DNA of 34,296 nt from a virus (Duplodnaviria > Heunggongvirae > Uroviricota > Caudoviricetes), in IMG/VR virus record IMGVR_UViG_2913128013_000001, positions 1-34,296 of that record; one strand, 5' to 3'. Position 1 is the first letter of the stretch; every line of letters begins with the position of its first letter. A program made the translations under genes and the position numbers. Positions 9,040 to 17,982 of this stretch are shown here, one piece after another. The notes under the pieces were generated by a model. The model saw only the letters and a list, made by a program, of their open reading frames with translations, did not search any database and was not told the origin of the DNA.

Positions 9040-9058
9040 TTGCCCCACGAAGCGGGCG

Positions 9059-9077
9059 GGCGAGGCGGGGAAAGCAC
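9059..9077. other. cos: Candidate cos cohesive-end sequence (GGCGAGGCGGGGAAAGCAC)
   Basis: The 19-mer matches my recollection of the P2/186 cohesive end. It sits in the non-coding, GC-rich interval next to the portal gene, where cos lies in P2. Confidence 0.5.
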
Positions 9078-9219
9078 TGCGCGCTGGCGGTGGTGCTGAT
9101 TTTATTTTTTCAGCGTCTGAGCGCGTCGTGATGGCGTTTAGAGTGTGCGCCGGGGCGTTGGTGTGTCTGCGGGCTGTTTTGTGCGGTGGTGAGCGTGTGA
9201 GGGCGTGATGGCGGGGTGT

Positions 9220-9241
9220 AAAAAAGCCGCCCGCAGGCGGC
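9220..9241 (-). terminator. Rho-independent terminator downstream of portal gene Q
   Basis: On the minus strand: GCCGCC-tgcg-GGCGGC hairpin followed by TTTTTT, 5 nt after the Q stop codon. Confidence 0.6.
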
Positions 9242-9246
9242 GATGT

Positions 9247-10281
9247 TCAGCCGTTGTCAGTGTCCAGTGAGTAGTTTTTAAAGCGGATGACCTCCTGACC
9301 GAGCCAGCCGTTTATTTCCCGAATCCTGTCCTGTAACGGGATAAGCTCATTGCGGACAAAGACCTTTGCCACTTTCTCAATATCACCCAGCGACCCGACG
9401 TTCTCCGGCTTGCCGCCCATCAACTGAAAGGGGATGCGGTGCGCGTCCAGCAGGTCAGCGGCGCTGGATTTTTTGATATTAAAAAAATCGTCCTTTGTCG
9501 CCACTTCACTGAGCGGGATAATTTTGATGCCGTCTGGCTTTCCCTGTGGTGCATAGAGAAACAGATTATTAAAGTTATTGCGTCCTTTCGACTTGGCCAT
9601 GTTTTCGCGAAGTGAGTCAATGTAATCGCGATCCTGCAATGCGTCGGTGATATACATGATATATCCGGCATGTGCACCGTTTTCGTAATACTTGCGGCGG
9701 AACAGCGTGGCCGACTCATTCAGCCAGGCAGAGTTAAGGGCGCTCAGATATTCCGGCAGGCCGTACAGCTCCTGATTAATATCCGGCTCCAGCAGGTGAA
9801 ACACGGAGCCGGGCGTGAAAGGTGTCGGCTCGTTGAAGGATGGCACCCACCAGTAAACATCCTCCTCCACGCCACGGCGGGTATATTTTGCCGGTGAGGT
9901 TTCCAGTCTGATGACCTTACCGGTGGTGCTGTAACGCTTTTCCAGAAACGCATTACCGAACACCAGAAAATCCAGCACAAAGCGGCTGAAATCCTGCTGG
10001 GAAAGCCACGGATGCGGGATAAACGTTGAAGCCAGAATATTACGTTTGACGTAAATCGGTGAGCTGTGATGCACGGCAGCACGCAGGCTTTTTGCCAGAC
10101 CGGTAAAGCTGACCGGTGGCTCATACCATCTGCCGTTACTGATGCACTCGACATAATCCAGAATGTCACGGCGGTCGAGTACCGGCACCGGCTCGCCAAA
10201 GGTGAATGCCTCCATTTTCGGGGCGCTGGCGGTCATTGTTTTTGCCGCAGGTTGCGGTGTTTTCCCTTTTTTCTTGCTCAT
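9247..10281 (-). CDS. Q: Portal protein, 344 aa
   Basis: 344 aa, the same size as P2 gpQ; adjacent to cos and translationally coupled to the terminase gene. Confidence 0.9.
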   Translation of the reverse strand: MSKKKGKTPQPAAKTMTASAPKMEAFTFGEPVPVLDRRDILDYVECISNGRWYEPPVSFTGLAKSLRAAVHHSSPIYVKRNILASTFIPHPWLSQQDFSRFVLDFLVFGNAFLEKRYSTTGKVIRLETSPAKYTRRGVEEDVYWWVPSFNEPTPFTPGSVFHLLEPDINQELYGLPEYLSALNSAWLNESATLFRRKYYENGAHAGYIMYITDALQDRDYIDSLRENMAKSKGRNNFNNLFLYAPQGKPDGIKIIPLSEVATKDDFFNIKKSSAADLLDAHRIPFQLMGGKPENVGSLGDIEKVAKVFVRNELIPLQDRIREINGWLGQEVIRFKNYSLDTDNG

Positions 10282-12053
10282 CAGTAAAACTCCAGAATGG
10301 TGGATGTCAGCGGGGTGTTGATACCGGCGGTGAGTGGCTCATTTAACAGGGCGTGCATGGTCGCCCAGGCGAGGTCGGCGTGGCTGGCTTCCTCGCTGCG
10401 ACTGGCCTCATAGGTGGCGCTGCGTCCGCTGCTGGTCATGGTCTTACGGATAGCCATAAACGAGCTGGTGATGTCGGTGGCGCTGACGTCATATTCCAGA
10501 CAGCCACGTCGGATAACGTCTTTTGCCTTGAGCACCATTGCGGTTTTCATTTCCGGCGTGTAGCGGATGTCGCGCGCGGCGGGATAGAACGAGCGCACGA
10601 GCTGGAACACGCCGACACCGAGGCCGGTGGCATCAATACCGATGTATTCGACGTTGTATTTTTCGGTGAGTTTGCGGATGGATTCCGCCTGAGTGGCAAA
10701 GTCCATGCCTTTCCACTGGTGACGCTCAAGTATTCTGAATTTGCCACCGGCCACCACCGGCGGTGCCAGTACCACGCATCCGGCACTGTCGCCACGGTGT
10801 GACGGGTCGTAACCAATCCATACCGGGCGGGAGCCGAACGGATTTGCGGCAAACGGCGCATAGTCTTCCCATTCTTCCAGCGTGTCGACCATGCAGCGTT
10901 GCAGCTCCTCGAACGGGAACACCGACGCCTTGTCGTCAACAAATTCACACATGAACAGGTTTTTAAAATCGTCGGCGCTGTTTTCGCGTTTGAGCTGCTC
11001 AATGTCGAACAGCGTGCAGCCGCCTTTCAGCGCGTCCTCAATGGTGACAATCTGCCGCCACTGGCCGTCCGCACAGAGAAGCCCACCGGCAAGGGCGTTA
11101 TGACTGACGTCGATTTCCACGCGTTCAGCGGCGCTGGCGCGTCCCCGGTTAAACAGTTCACCGGACCAGAACGGGTAGGCGTCGTGCGCCAGCGTGGACG
11201 GGGTGGAGAAATAGGTCGAGCGCAGGTGACTCTGTGAGGCCATACCTGATGCCACCTTACGCAGTACCTGAAAATTCGGGATCCAGAAAATCTCGTCGAC
11301 GTACAGGTCGCCGTTATGGCTTTGTGCGGTGTTGGAGTTGGTGCCGAGAAAAATCAGTTTTGCGCCGTTATTGCCCAGGACAATCGGGTCACCGGTCAGG
11401 TCAACGTCAACCAGCCGGGCAAAGGCGATGATGTATTCGCGGAACACATACGCCTGCGTTTTACTGGCCGACAGAAAAATCTGGTTATGACCGGTTTTCA
11501 GGGCGCGCAGCAGCGCCTCGCGGGAAAAATAAAATGTCGCGCCAATCTGGCGGGATTTCAGGATATCGCGGATGCGGTGCTCAAGCCCGGCGCGATACCA
11601 GTGCAACTGATAGTCGAAAGACTGCTCAAAGAAAATCTGCTCCAGCTTTTCGATGGCCTCGTCACTGAAAAAATTCTTTTTCGGTTTGCGCCGTCCGCCT
11701 TTGTTGCGGTTAGCGACGTTCGGATTAAGGTCTGCCTCGTTGCCGGTCTGACTGTAACGGTTTACCCGTGCCAGTCGTTCAATCTGGCGTCCCAGCAGGT
11801 CAATTTCCTTGAAGTCACCGCCGGTTTTCTGCGGTTTGATGATGAGCTGGGTCAGCCGCGCTTCCAGGCTCATTTCGACACGGCTGATGGGGGCAACGTT
11901 GTCCCAGCCGTCGCGCTGTTTCCAGCTCTGCACTGTCGGGCGTTTCATCTGCAACATGGCGGCAATCTGCGGCACGGAAAATCCCTGCCAGTACAGCAGC
12001 GCCGCCTGACGACGCGGGTCGTGTAAAAGAGTGGTGTCTGTGGTGATGGTCAT
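10281..12053 (-). CDS. P: Terminase large (ATPase) subunit, 590 aa
   Basis: Start chosen at MTITTDTTLLHDPRRQ (ATG 12051-12053), giving 590 aa as in P2 gpP. Sits upstream of Q on the same strand. Confidence 0.9.
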   Translation of the reverse strand: MTITTDTTLLHDPRRQAALLYWQGFSVPQIAAMLQMKRPTVQSWKQRDGWDNVAPISRVEMSLEARLTQLIIKPQKTGGDFKEIDLLGRQIERLARVNRYSQTGNEADLNPNVANRNKGGRRKPKKNFFSDEAIEKLEQIFFEQSFDYQLHWYRAGLEHRIRDILKSRQIGATFYFSREALLRALKTGHNQIFLSASKTQAYVFREYIIAFARLVDVDLTGDPIVLGNNGAKLIFLGTNSNTAQSHNGDLYVDEIFWIPNFQVLRKVASGMASQSHLRSTYFSTPSTLAHDAYPFWSGELFNRGRASAAERVEIDVSHNALAGGLLCADGQWRQIVTIEDALKGGCTLFDIEQLKRENSADDFKNLFMCEFVDDKASVFPFEELQRCMVDTLEEWEDYAPFAANPFGSRPVWIGYDPSHRGDSAGCVVLAPPVVAGGKFRILERHQWKGMDFATQAESIRKLTEKYNVEYIGIDATGLGVGVFQLVRSFYPAARDIRYTPEMKTAMVLKAKDVIRRGCLEYDVSATDITSSFMAIRKTMTSSGRSATYEASRSEEASHADLAWATMHALLNEPLTAGINTPLTSTILEFY

Positions 12054-12226
12054 GAATACCTCGCCGTGATGAATACACGGCAAGGCTACTGAGTCGCGCC
12101 CCGCGATTCGCTAAGGTGCTGTTGTGTCAGTGATAAGCCATCCGGGACTGATGGCGGAGGATGCGCATCGTCGGGAAACTGATGCCGACATGTGACTCCT
12201 CTAATCACTATTCAGGACTCCTGACA
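12054..12226. promoter_or_regulatory. Divergent late promoter region (leftward P-Q and rightward O-N-M-L operons)
   Basis: 173-bp interval between divergent P and O starts. Contains the dyad CCGTG-N7-CACGG at 12064-12080. By analogy to P2, Ogr-activated promoters are expected but not resolved. Confidence 0.4.
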
Positions 12227-13081
12227 ATGGCAAAAAAAGTCTCAAAATTCTTTCGTATCGGCGTTGAGGGTGACACCTGTGACGGGCGTGTCATCAGTGC
12301 GCAGGATATTCAGGAAATGGCGGAAACCTTTGACCCGCGTGTCTATGGTTGCCGCATTAACCTGGAACATCTGCGCGGCATCCTGCCTGACGGTATTTTT
12401 AAACGTTATGGCGATGTGGCCGAACTGAAGGCCGAAAAGATTGATGACGATTCGGCGCTGAAAGGCAAATGGGCGCTGTTTGCGAAAATCACCCCGACCG
12501 ATGACCTTATCGCGATGAACAAGGCCGCGCAGAAGGTCTACACCTCAATGGAAATTCAGCCGAACTTTGCCAACACCGGCAAATGTTATCTGGTGGGGCT
12601 GGCCGTCACCGATGACCCGGCAAGCCTCGGCACGGAATACCTGGAATTCTGCCGCACGGCAAAACACAACCCCCTGAACCGCTTCAAATTAAGCCCTGAA
12701 AATCTGATTTCAGTGGCAACGCCCGTTGAGCTGGAATTTGAAGACCTGCCTGAAACCGTGTTCACCGCCCTGACCGAAAAGGTGAAATCCATTTTTGGCC
12801 GCAAACAGGCCAGCGATGACGCCCGTCTGAATGACGTGCATGAAGCGGTGACCGCTGTTGCTGAACATGTGCAGGAAAAACTGAGCGCCACTGAGCAGCG
12901 CCTCGCTGAGATGGAAACCGCCTTTTCTGCACTTAAGCAGGAGGTGACTGACAGGGCGGATGAAACCAGCCAGGCATTCACCCGCCTGAAAAACAGTCTC
13001 GACCACACCGAAAGTCTGACCCAGCAGCGCCGCAGCAAGGCCACCGGTGGTGGCGGTGACGCCCTGATGACGAACTGCTGA
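12227..13081 (+). CDS. O: Capsid scaffolding protein, 284 aa
   Basis: Start at MAKKVSKFF (ATG 12227), giving 284 aa as in P2 gpO. Lies immediately upstream of the major capsid gene. Confidence 0.85.
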   Translation: MAKKVSKFFRIGVEGDTCDGRVISAQDIQEMAETFDPRVYGCRINLEHLRGILPDGIFKRYGDVAELKAEKIDDDSALKGKWALFAKITPTDDLIAMNKAAQKVYTSMEIQPNFANTGKCYLVGLAVTDDPASLGTEYLEFCRTAKHNPLNRFKLSPENLISVATPVELEFEDLPETVFTALTEKVKSIFGRKQASDDARLNDVHEAVTAVAEHVQEKLSATEQRLAEMETAFSALKQEVTDRADETSQAFTRLKNSLDHTESLTQQRRSKATGGGGDALMTNC

Positions 13082-13139
13082 CCGGCGTCAGTCAGTCCGG
13101 GAAAACCTTCACGATTAACCCTTAATTTCAGGAAAAACT

Positions 13140-14213
13140 ATGCGCCAGGAAACCCGCTTTAAATTTAATGCCTACCTGTCCCGTGTTGCCGAACTGAACG
13201 GCATCGACGCCGGTGATGTGTCGAAAAAATTCACCGTTGAACCGTCGGTCACCCAGACCCTGATGAACACCATGCAGGAGTCCTCTGACTTTCTGACCCG
13301 CATCAACATTGTGCCGGTCAGCGAAATGAAAGGGGAAAAAATTGGTATCGGTGTCACCGGCTCCATCGCCAGCACCACCGACACCGCCGGTGGTACCGAA
13401 CGTCAGCCGAAGGACTTCTCGAAGCTGGCGTCAAACAAGTACGAATGCGACCAGATTAACTTCGATTTTTATATCCGCTACAAAACGCTGGACCTGTGGG
13501 CGCGTTATCAGGATTTCCAGCTCCGTATCCGTAACGCCATTATCAAACGCCAGTCCCTTGATTTGATCATGGCCGGTTTTAACGGCGTGAAGCGTGCCGA
13601 AACCTCTGACCGCAGCAGCAATCCGATGCTGCAGGATGTGGCGGTCGGCTGGCTGCAGAAATACCGCAATGAAGCCCCGGCGCGCGTGATGAGCAAGGTC
13701 ACTGACGAGGAAGGTCGCACCACCTCTGAGGTCATCCGCGTGGGTAAGGGCGGTGATTATGCCAGCCTCGACGCACTGGTGATGGATGCGACCAACAACC
13801 TGATTGAGCAGTGGTATCAGGAAGACCCTGACCTTGTGGTGATTGTGGGGCGTCAGCTACTGGCGGACAAGTATTTCCCCATCGTTAACAAGGAGCAGGA
13901 CAACAGCGAAATGCTGGCCGCTGACGTCATCATCAGCCAGAAACGCATCGGTAACCTGCCAGCGGTACGCGTCCCGTACTTCCCGGCGGATGCGATGCTC
14001 ATCACGAAGCTGGAAAACCTGTCCATCTACTACATGGATGACAGCCATCGCCGCGTGATTGAGGAAAACCCGAAACTCGACCGCGTGGAGAACTACGAGT
14101 CAATGAACATTGATTACGTGGTGGAAGACTACGCCGCCGGTTGTCTGGTGGAAAAAATTAAGGTCGGTGATTTCTCCACACCGGCTAAGGCGACCGCAGA
14201 GCCGGGAGCGTAA
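13140..14213 (+). CDS. N: Major capsid protein, 357 aa
   Basis: 357 aa, the size of P2 gpN, in the expected O-N-M order. Confidence 0.9.
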   Translation: MRQETRFKFNAYLSRVAELNGIDAGDVSKKFTVEPSVTQTLMNTMQESSDFLTRINIVPVSEMKGEKIGIGVTGSIASTTDTAGGTERQPKDFSKLASNKYECDQINFDFYIRYKTLDLWARYQDFQLRIRNAIIKRQSLDLIMAGFNGVKRAETSDRSSNPMLQDVAVGWLQKYRNEAPARVMSKVTDEEGRTTSEVIRVGKGGDYASLDALVMDATNNLIEQWYQEDPDLVVIVGRQLLADKYFPIVNKEQDNSEMLAADVIISQKRIGNLPAVRVPYFPADAMLITKLENLSIYYMDDSHRRVIEENPKLDRVENYESMNIDYVVEDYAAGCLVEKIKVGDFSTPAKATAEPGA

Positions 14214-14216
14214 CCG

Positions 14217-14960
14217 ATGACGAGTCCCGCACAGCGCCACATGATGCGGGTCTCGGCAGCGATGACCGCGCAGCGGGAAGCCGCCCCGCTGCGACATGCA
14301 ACTGTCTATGAGCAGATGCTGGTCAAGCTGGCCGCAGACCAGCGCACACTGAAAGCGATTTATTCAAAAGAGCTGAAGGCCGCAAAAAAACGCGAACTGC
14401 TGCCGTTCTGGTTGCCGTGGGTGAACGGCGTGCTGGAGCAGGGCAAAGGTGCACAGGATGACATTCTGATGACGGTCATGCTGTGGCGTCTGGATACCGG
14501 CGATATTGCCGGTGCGCTGGAGATTGCCCGTTATGCCCTGAAGTACGGTCTGACCATGCCGGGTAAACACCGCCGCACCCCGCCGTACATGTTCACCGAG
14601 GAGGTGGCGCTCGCGGCCATGCGCGCCCACGCTGCCGGTGAGTCTGTGGATACCCGCCTGCTGACGGACACCCTTGAACTGACCGCCGCTGCTGACATGC
14701 CTGATGAAGTGCGCGCAAAGCTGCACAAAATCACCGGTCTGTTTCTGCGTGACGCTGGTGATGCCGCAGGTGCGCTGGCGCACCTGCAACGTGCGACACA
14801 GCTCGACTGTCAGGCAGGCGTCAAAAAAGAGATTGAACGACTGGAGCGGGAGCTGAAACCGAAGCCGGAGCCGCAGCCAAAAGCGGCCATCCGTACCCCG
14901 CGTAAGACCCGGAGCGTGACACCGGCAAAACGTGGACGTCCGAAAAAGAAAGCCAGTTAA
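14217..14960 (+). CDS. M: Terminase small / endonuclease subunit, 247 aa
   Basis: 247 aa with a basic Lys/Arg-rich C-terminus; position and size match P2 gpM. Confidence 0.85.
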   Translation: MTSPAQRHMMRVSAAMTAQREAAPLRHATVYEQMLVKLAADQRTLKAIYSKELKAAKKRELLPFWLPWVNGVLEQGKGAQDDILMTVMLWRLDTGDIAGALEIARYALKYGLTMPGKHRRTPPYMFTEEVALAAMRAHAAGESVDTRLLTDTLELTAAADMPDEVRAKLHKITGLFLRDAGDAAGALAHLQRATQLDCQAGVKKEIERLERELKPKPEPQPKAAIRTPRKTRSVTPAKRGRPKKKAS

Positions 14961-15059
14961 CAACCGAATGCGCCCCGCGCCAGGGCGGCACGCCGGTCAG
15001 TGAGGGTGAATCACCTGACACTGCACCGGCGTCCACCGCCCGACTTTTCAGAGGTAGTC

Positions 15060-15569
15060 ATGATGACGCTGATTATTCCGCGAAAGGAGGCTCCCGTGTC
15101 CGGTGAGGGTACGGTGGTCATCCCGCAACCGGCAGGCGACGAGCCGGTGATTAAAAACACGTTCTTTTTTCCCGATATCGACCCGAAGCGCGTCCGGGAA
15201 CGTATGCGCCTTGAGCAGACCGTCGCCCCCGCCCGTCTGCGTGAGGCCATCAAGTCAGGCATGGCGGAAACGAATGCGGAGCTGTACGAGTACCGCGAAC
15301 AGAAAATTGCCGCTGGTTTTAGGCGTCTGGCTGACGTTCCGGCGGACGACATCGACGGTGAAAGCATCAAAGTTTTTTACTACGAGCGCGCCGTGTGTGC
15401 GATGGCGACCGCGTCGCTTTATGAGCGTTATCGCGGTGTGGATGCCAGTGCGAAAGGCGACAAGAAGGCCGACAGCATTGACAGCACCATTGATGAGCTG
15501 TGGCGGGATATGCGCTGGGCAGTGGCGCGCATCCAGGACAAGCCGCGCTGCATCGTGAGTCAAATCTGA
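15060..15569 (+). CDS. L: Head completion / stabilisation protein, 169 aa
   Basis: Start at MMTLIIPRKEAP (ATG 15060, GAGG RBS), giving 169 aa as in P2 gpL. Confidence 0.8.
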   Translation: MMTLIIPRKEAPVSGEGTVVIPQPAGDEPVIKNTFFFPDIDPKRVRERMRLEQTVAPARLREAIKSGMAETNAELYEYREQKIAAGFRRLADVPADDIDGESIKVFYYERAVCAMATASLYERYRGVDASAKGDKKADSIDSTIDELWRDMRWAVARIQDKPRCIVSQI

Positions 15570-15772
15570 TGAAGACCTTTGCGCTACAGGGCGACACGCT
15601 CGACGCCATTTGTGTCCGGTATTACGGGCGCACTGAGGGCGTGGTTGAGACCGTGCTCGCCGCAAATCCGGGACTGGCTGAACTGGGTGCGGTGCTGCCA
15701 CACGGCACCGCCGTCGAACTGCCCGACGTTCAGACCGCGCCCGTGGCTGAAACTGTCAATCTGTGGGAGTAA
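15569..15772 (+). CDS. X: Tail protein X, 67 aa
   Basis: Start at MKTFALQGDTLDAIC, overlapping the L stop; 67 aa, same size and position as P2 gpX. Confidence 0.8.
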   Translation: MKTFALQGDTLDAICVRYYGRTEGVVETVLAANPGLAELGAVLPHGTAVELPDVQTAPVAETVNLWE

Positions 15773-15775
15773 CGC

Positions 15776-16057
15776 ATGACAGCAGAAGAAAAAAGCGTCC
15801 TGTCGCTTTTCATGATTGGGGTGCTGATTGTTGTCGGCAAGGTGCTTGCCGGTGGTGAACCCATCACCCCGCGTCTGTTTATCGGGCGCATGTTGCTCGG
15901 TGGTTTTGTCTCGATGGTTGCCGGTGTTGTTCTGGTGCAGTTTCCTGACCTGTCACTGCCTGCGGTGTGCGGCATCGGCTCCATGCTGGGTATCGCCGGT
16001 TATCAGGTGATTGAGATTGCCATTCAGCGCCGCTTTAAGGGCAGGGGGAAACCGTAA
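15776..16057 (+). CDS. Y: Holin, 93 aa
   Basis: 93-aa protein with hydrophobic transmembrane segments and a charged C-terminus (RRFKGRGKP); first gene of the lysis cassette. Confidence 0.8.
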   Translation: MTAEEKSVLSLFMIGVLIVVGKVLAGGEPITPRLFIGRMLLGGFVSMVAGVVLVQFPDLSLPAVCGIGSMLGIAGYQVIEIAIQRRFKGRGKP

Positions 16058-16554
16058 TGCCGGTAATTAACACGCATCAGAATATCGCCGCCTTTCTCGA
16101 CATGCTGGCAGTGTCCGAAGGGACGGCGAACCATCCGCTGACGAAAAACCGGGGCTATGACGTGATAGTCACCGGACTGGACGGAAAGCCGGAAATTTTC
16201 ACCGACTACAGTGACCACCCGTTCGCGCATGGCCGACCGGCGAAGGTGTTTAACCGTCGCGGTGAAAAATCCACGGCCTCCGGTCGCTATCAGCAGCTTT
16301 ACCTGTTCTGGCCGCATTACCGCAAACAGCTTGCCCTGCCGGATTTCAGTCCGTTGTCACAGGACAGACTTGCCATTCAGTTGATCCGCGAACGCGGTGC
16401 ACTGGATGACATCCGGGCGGGACGCATTGAGCGCGCCATTTCACGCTGTCGCAATATCTGGGCGTCCCTGCCGGGTGCCGGTTACGGTCAGCGTGAGCAT
16501 TCACTGGAAAAACTGGTCACCGTCTGGCGTACCGCTGGCGGCGTACCGGCGTAA
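16057..16554 (+). CDS. K: Endolysin (lysozyme-like), 165 aa
   Basis: 165 aa, directly after the holin with a TAATG overlap; same size and position as P2 gpK. Confidence 0.85.
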   Translation: MPVINTHQNIAAFLDMLAVSEGTANHPLTKNRGYDVIVTGLDGKPEIFTDYSDHPFAHGRPAKVFNRRGEKSTASGRYQQLYLFWPHYRKQLALPDFSPLSQDRLAIQLIRERGALDDIRAGRIERAISRCRNIWASLPGAGYGQREHSLEKLVTVWRTAGGVPA

Positions 16555-16568
16555 ACGGAGTAAACACC

Positions 16569-16994
16569 ATGAAGAAATTATCCCTTTCACTGATGCTGAA
16601 CGTGTCGCTGGCGCTGATGCTGGCACTGTCCCTGATTTACCCGCAGAGCGTGGCCGTCAATTTTGTCGCCACCTGGGCGATTCTGGCGACGGTTATCTGT
16701 GTGGTTGCCGGTGGTGTCGGCGTGTATGCCACTGAGTATGTGCTGGAACGCTACGGGCGGGAGCTGCCGCCGGAATCGCTGGCCGTGAAGATTGTCACGT
16801 CGCTGTTTTTGCAGCCGGTGCCGTGGCGCAGACGGGCGGCGGCTCTGGTGGTGATGGTGGCGACGTTTATCTCGCTGGTCGCTGCCGGGTGGATTTTTAC
16901 CGCGCTGATTTATCTTGTGGCGTCGCTGTTTTTCCGGCTGATACGCACGGCCTGCCGTCAGCGTCTTGAGGGGCGGGAACTATGTCAAGGCTGA
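16569..16994 (+). CDS. lysA: Lysis-timing membrane protein LysA, 141 aa
   Basis: Highly hydrophobic 141-aa protein with multiple transmembrane segments, after K as in P2. Confidence 0.7.
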   Translation: MKKLSLSLMLNVSLALMLALSLIYPQSVAVNFVATWAILATVICVVAGGVGVYATEYVLERYGRELPPESLAVKIVTSLFLQPVPWRRRAAALVVMVATFISLVAAGWIFTALIYLVASLFFRLIRTACRQRLEGRELCQG

Positions 16995-17407
16995 TGATTG
17001 TGCTGGTTGTGTTGTTATCGCTGGCGGTGGCCGGTCTGTTTCTGGTGAAACACAAAAATGCCAGCCTGCGCGCCTCGCTGGACAGGGCGAACAACGTCGC
17101 CAGCGGGCAGCAGACGACTATCACCGTGATGAAAAACCAGCTTCATGTTGCACTCACCAGGGCAGACAAAAACGAGCTGGCGCAGGTGGCACTGCGTCAG
17201 GAACTGGAGAACGCCGCGAAGCGTGAAGCACAGCGCGAGAAAACCATCACGAGGTTACTCAATGAAAACGAAGATTTTCGCCGCTGGTACGGTGCTGACC
17301 TGCCTGATGCTGTGCGCCGGTTGCACCAGCGCCCGGCCTGCACTGACGCCAGTGATTGTCCACAACGCCTGCCCGAAAGTGAGTCTTTGCCCGATGCCGG
17401 GCAGTGA
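16982..17407 (+). CDS. lysB: LysB (Rz-like inner-membrane spanin), 141 aa
   Basis: N-terminal transmembrane anchor (MIVLVVLLSLAVAGLFLV) followed by a coiled-coil-like region. Confidence 0.7.
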   Translation: MSRLMIVLVVLLSLAVAGLFLVKHKNASLRASLDRANNVASGQQTTITVMKNQLHVALTRADKNELAQVALRQELENAAKREAQREKTITRLLNENEDFRRWYGADLPDAVRRLHQRPACTDASDCPQRLPESESLPDAGQ

Positions 17408-17552
17408 CCCGGAGACGAACGGCGATTTAAGTGCCGATATCCGGCAGCTTGAGAACGCGCTGGCACGCTGTGCCAGCCAGGTAAAAATGATTAAACACTG
17501 TCAGGACGAAAACGATGCTCAAACCCGACAGCCTGCGCAGGGCGCTGACTGA
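17262..17552 (+). CDS. lysC: LysC (Rz1-like outer-membrane lipoprotein spanin), 96 aa, in the +1 frame overlapping lysB
   Basis: ATG at 17262 with GAGG RBS. Signal peptide with lipobox (LMLCAGC), Pro-rich. 96 aa as in P2 LysC. Confidence 0.65.
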   Translation: MKTKIFAAGTVLTCLMLCAGCTSARPALTPVIVHNACPKVSLCPMPGSDPETNGDLSADIRQLENALARCASQVKMIKHCQDENDAQTRQPAQGAD

Positions 17553-17982
17553 TGCCGTCACGGTGCTGAAAACTAACCCCGATATGCTGCGGATATTCGT
17601 GGATAACGGGAGTATTGCCTCCACACTGGCGGCGTCGTTGTCATTCGAAAAGCGTTACACGCTCAATGTCATTGTGACCGACTTTACCGGTGATTTTGAC
17701 CTGCTCATCGTGCCGGTGCTGGCGTGGCTGCGGGAAAATCAGCCCGACATCATGACCACCGACGCAGGCCAGAAAAAGGGCTTCACGTTTTATGCAGACA
17801 TCAACAATGACAGCAGCTTTGATATCAGCATCAGCCTGATGCTGACCGAGCGCACGCTGGTCAGTGAGGTGGACGGCGCACTGCATGTGAAGAATATCCC
17901 GGAACCCCCGCCGCCGGAGCCGGTCACCCGCCCGATGGAGCTGTATATCAATGGCGAACTGGTGAGCAAGTGGGATGAATGA
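17515..17982 (+). CDS. R: Tail completion protein R, 155 aa
   Basis: 155 aa, the size of P2 gpR; overlaps the lysC end and the S start. Confidence 0.8.
   Translation: MLKPDSLRRALTDAVTVLKTNPDMLRIFVDNGSIASTLAASLSFEKRYTLNVIVTDFTGDFDLLIVPVLAWLRENQPDIMTTDAGQKKGFTFYADINNDSSFDISISLMLTERTLVSEVDGALHVKNIPEPPPPEPVTRPMELYINGELVSKWDE

Noticed and set aside
9017-9208. 63-aa ORF in the GC/GT-rich cos region
   Set aside because: It falls in the non-coding cos and terminase-recognition region, has repetitive low-complexity content and no RBS; most likely not a gene.
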